A stretch of 64,000 nucleotides of DNA, from positions 122,264,001-122,328,000 of the forward strand of contig JBNRSN020000014.1 in assembly GCA_051313645.2 (NCBI GenBank). The letters are read 5' to 3'. Shown here piece by piece: positions 62,973 to 64,000 of this stretch. Numbering within the stretch: the stretch's first letter is position 1; every line of letters begins with the position of its first letter. The notes under the pieces were generated by a model. That model had not been told where the DNA came from. It saw only the letters and a list, made by a program, of their open reading frames with translations, and did no database searches. The stretch is from Centroscyllium fabricii (taxonomy: Eukaryota). The position numbers and the translations under genes are program-made.

Positions 62973-63684
62973 TGATAACCTGCTCACATTAAACCAAAGC
63001 AGCGGTGAAAAACACAACGTAAATGAGGAAACGGTGTGCCATCAATGAATTATCCAAGGGGTGAGGTAGTATTTTTGCGCCACTTGCAACGCGCACACCT
63101 CTTTTAAGTGTAGAGACATTAGGAGACATTATTGGCTTGCAAGCCATAAACATCTACTTAGAAGCAAATTGACAAATAGAATAAGCATTTGAAGATCACA
63201 AAGCGTTCCATACATGGGATTATAGCAAAGTTCGCGGCAGATTATTGTCCTGCCATTGTCTTGGATAACGCTGAGCCAACGTTGCTCACCCTCAGGCCTC
63301 TAACCTTTCACGATGAGATGATGATGGCAAGACAGGTTTAGACCGAGAAGCCCCTTCGGCCCATTTGATCCAATCTTTCCAGAACACCAACCCCCTCCCG
63401 TCTTCCACTTACAGCAGCTAGCTGTTTCTTCAACGCATCCAGTGGCCTGACCTCAGCCCGCCCGCCTGGGCCTCCATTTTAAGCATGCGGTTTTCTGGAA
63501 GGCGGAATCTTTTTTCGGTGTTTCCTCGCTGTGAAAGCCTCTTCTGTTGAATCGTGCCATGCGTGCCATTTTAAACTCAGCACACGGTTTTAGCAGTCAG
63601 TGCACAGTGCCCGCGCTCACAGACCCAGCCCACCTTTTGAAAATACTAATTGTTGTTCTAAATGCCTCTGTTCAATGTCACCTA

Positions 63685-64000
63685 CAGGTTCGGACACTGT
63701 TAATCTGGAAACTTCAGTCCAGCACGAATCCGGGCTTCTCCCCGACTGGTCTGTGCATGCGCAGCAGCCATTTTGAATGGTCTGTGCATGCGCAGTGGCC
63801 ATTTTGAATGGTCCGTGCAAGCGCAGTGGCCATTTTGAATGGCTCCGTGGCGGCCATTTTGACTGGTCTGCGCATGCGCGGTGGCCATTTTGAATGGTCG
63901 GCGCATGCGTGGTGGCTATTTTGAATGGTCTGCGCATGCGCTCACCGAAGCTTCAGTCGTTCGGATTTTTCACTAGTCCGGCACCGGCCTGGTCCCAACG
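63685..64000. mobile_element. Tc1/pogo MITE (runs off the window) with a ~31-bp tandem array at 63747-63941
   Basis: TA-CAGGTT left end. GTCCGGCACCGGCCTGGTCCC subterminal block shared with the 49770 and 51502 copies. Confidence 0.75.

Noticed and set aside
61250-63941. CRISPR-like arrays (61250-61482, 63747-63941)
   Set aside because: Eukaryotic context, no unique spacers and no cas genes. These are minisatellites within MITEs.

Overview
Vertebrate genomic DNA, most likely from a shark or ray (inferred from V-SINE/HE1-like SINEs, their CR1-clade partner LINE and DeuSINE/SacSINE1-like repeats). The window holds the 5' end of a + strand host gene whose first coding exon (ATG 6742, donor after 6943) closely resembles TNRC18. 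That exon follows a CCAAT/PBX-motif promoter (~4200-4640) and a probable non-coding exon 1. No further coding exon was recognised, so ~6944-64000 appears to be one large intron: TE-poor with enhancer-like blocks up to ~24 kb, then TE-dense. The repeats include a near-intact 5'-truncated CR1 LINE, Rex1/Babar, RTEX-like and L2 fragments, many SINEs, Tc1/pogo, hAT and Harbinger MITEs, and a solo LTR. Most notable are six minimal hammerhead-ribozyme motifs in Penelope-like termini, four of them in inverted pairs (one a ~234-bp loopless palindrome), and a candidate 5S-rRNA-headed SINE with a bipartite Rex1-type body and tail. Family names come from recall of known repeat families, not from database searches. 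An assembly gap lies at 22556-23045.
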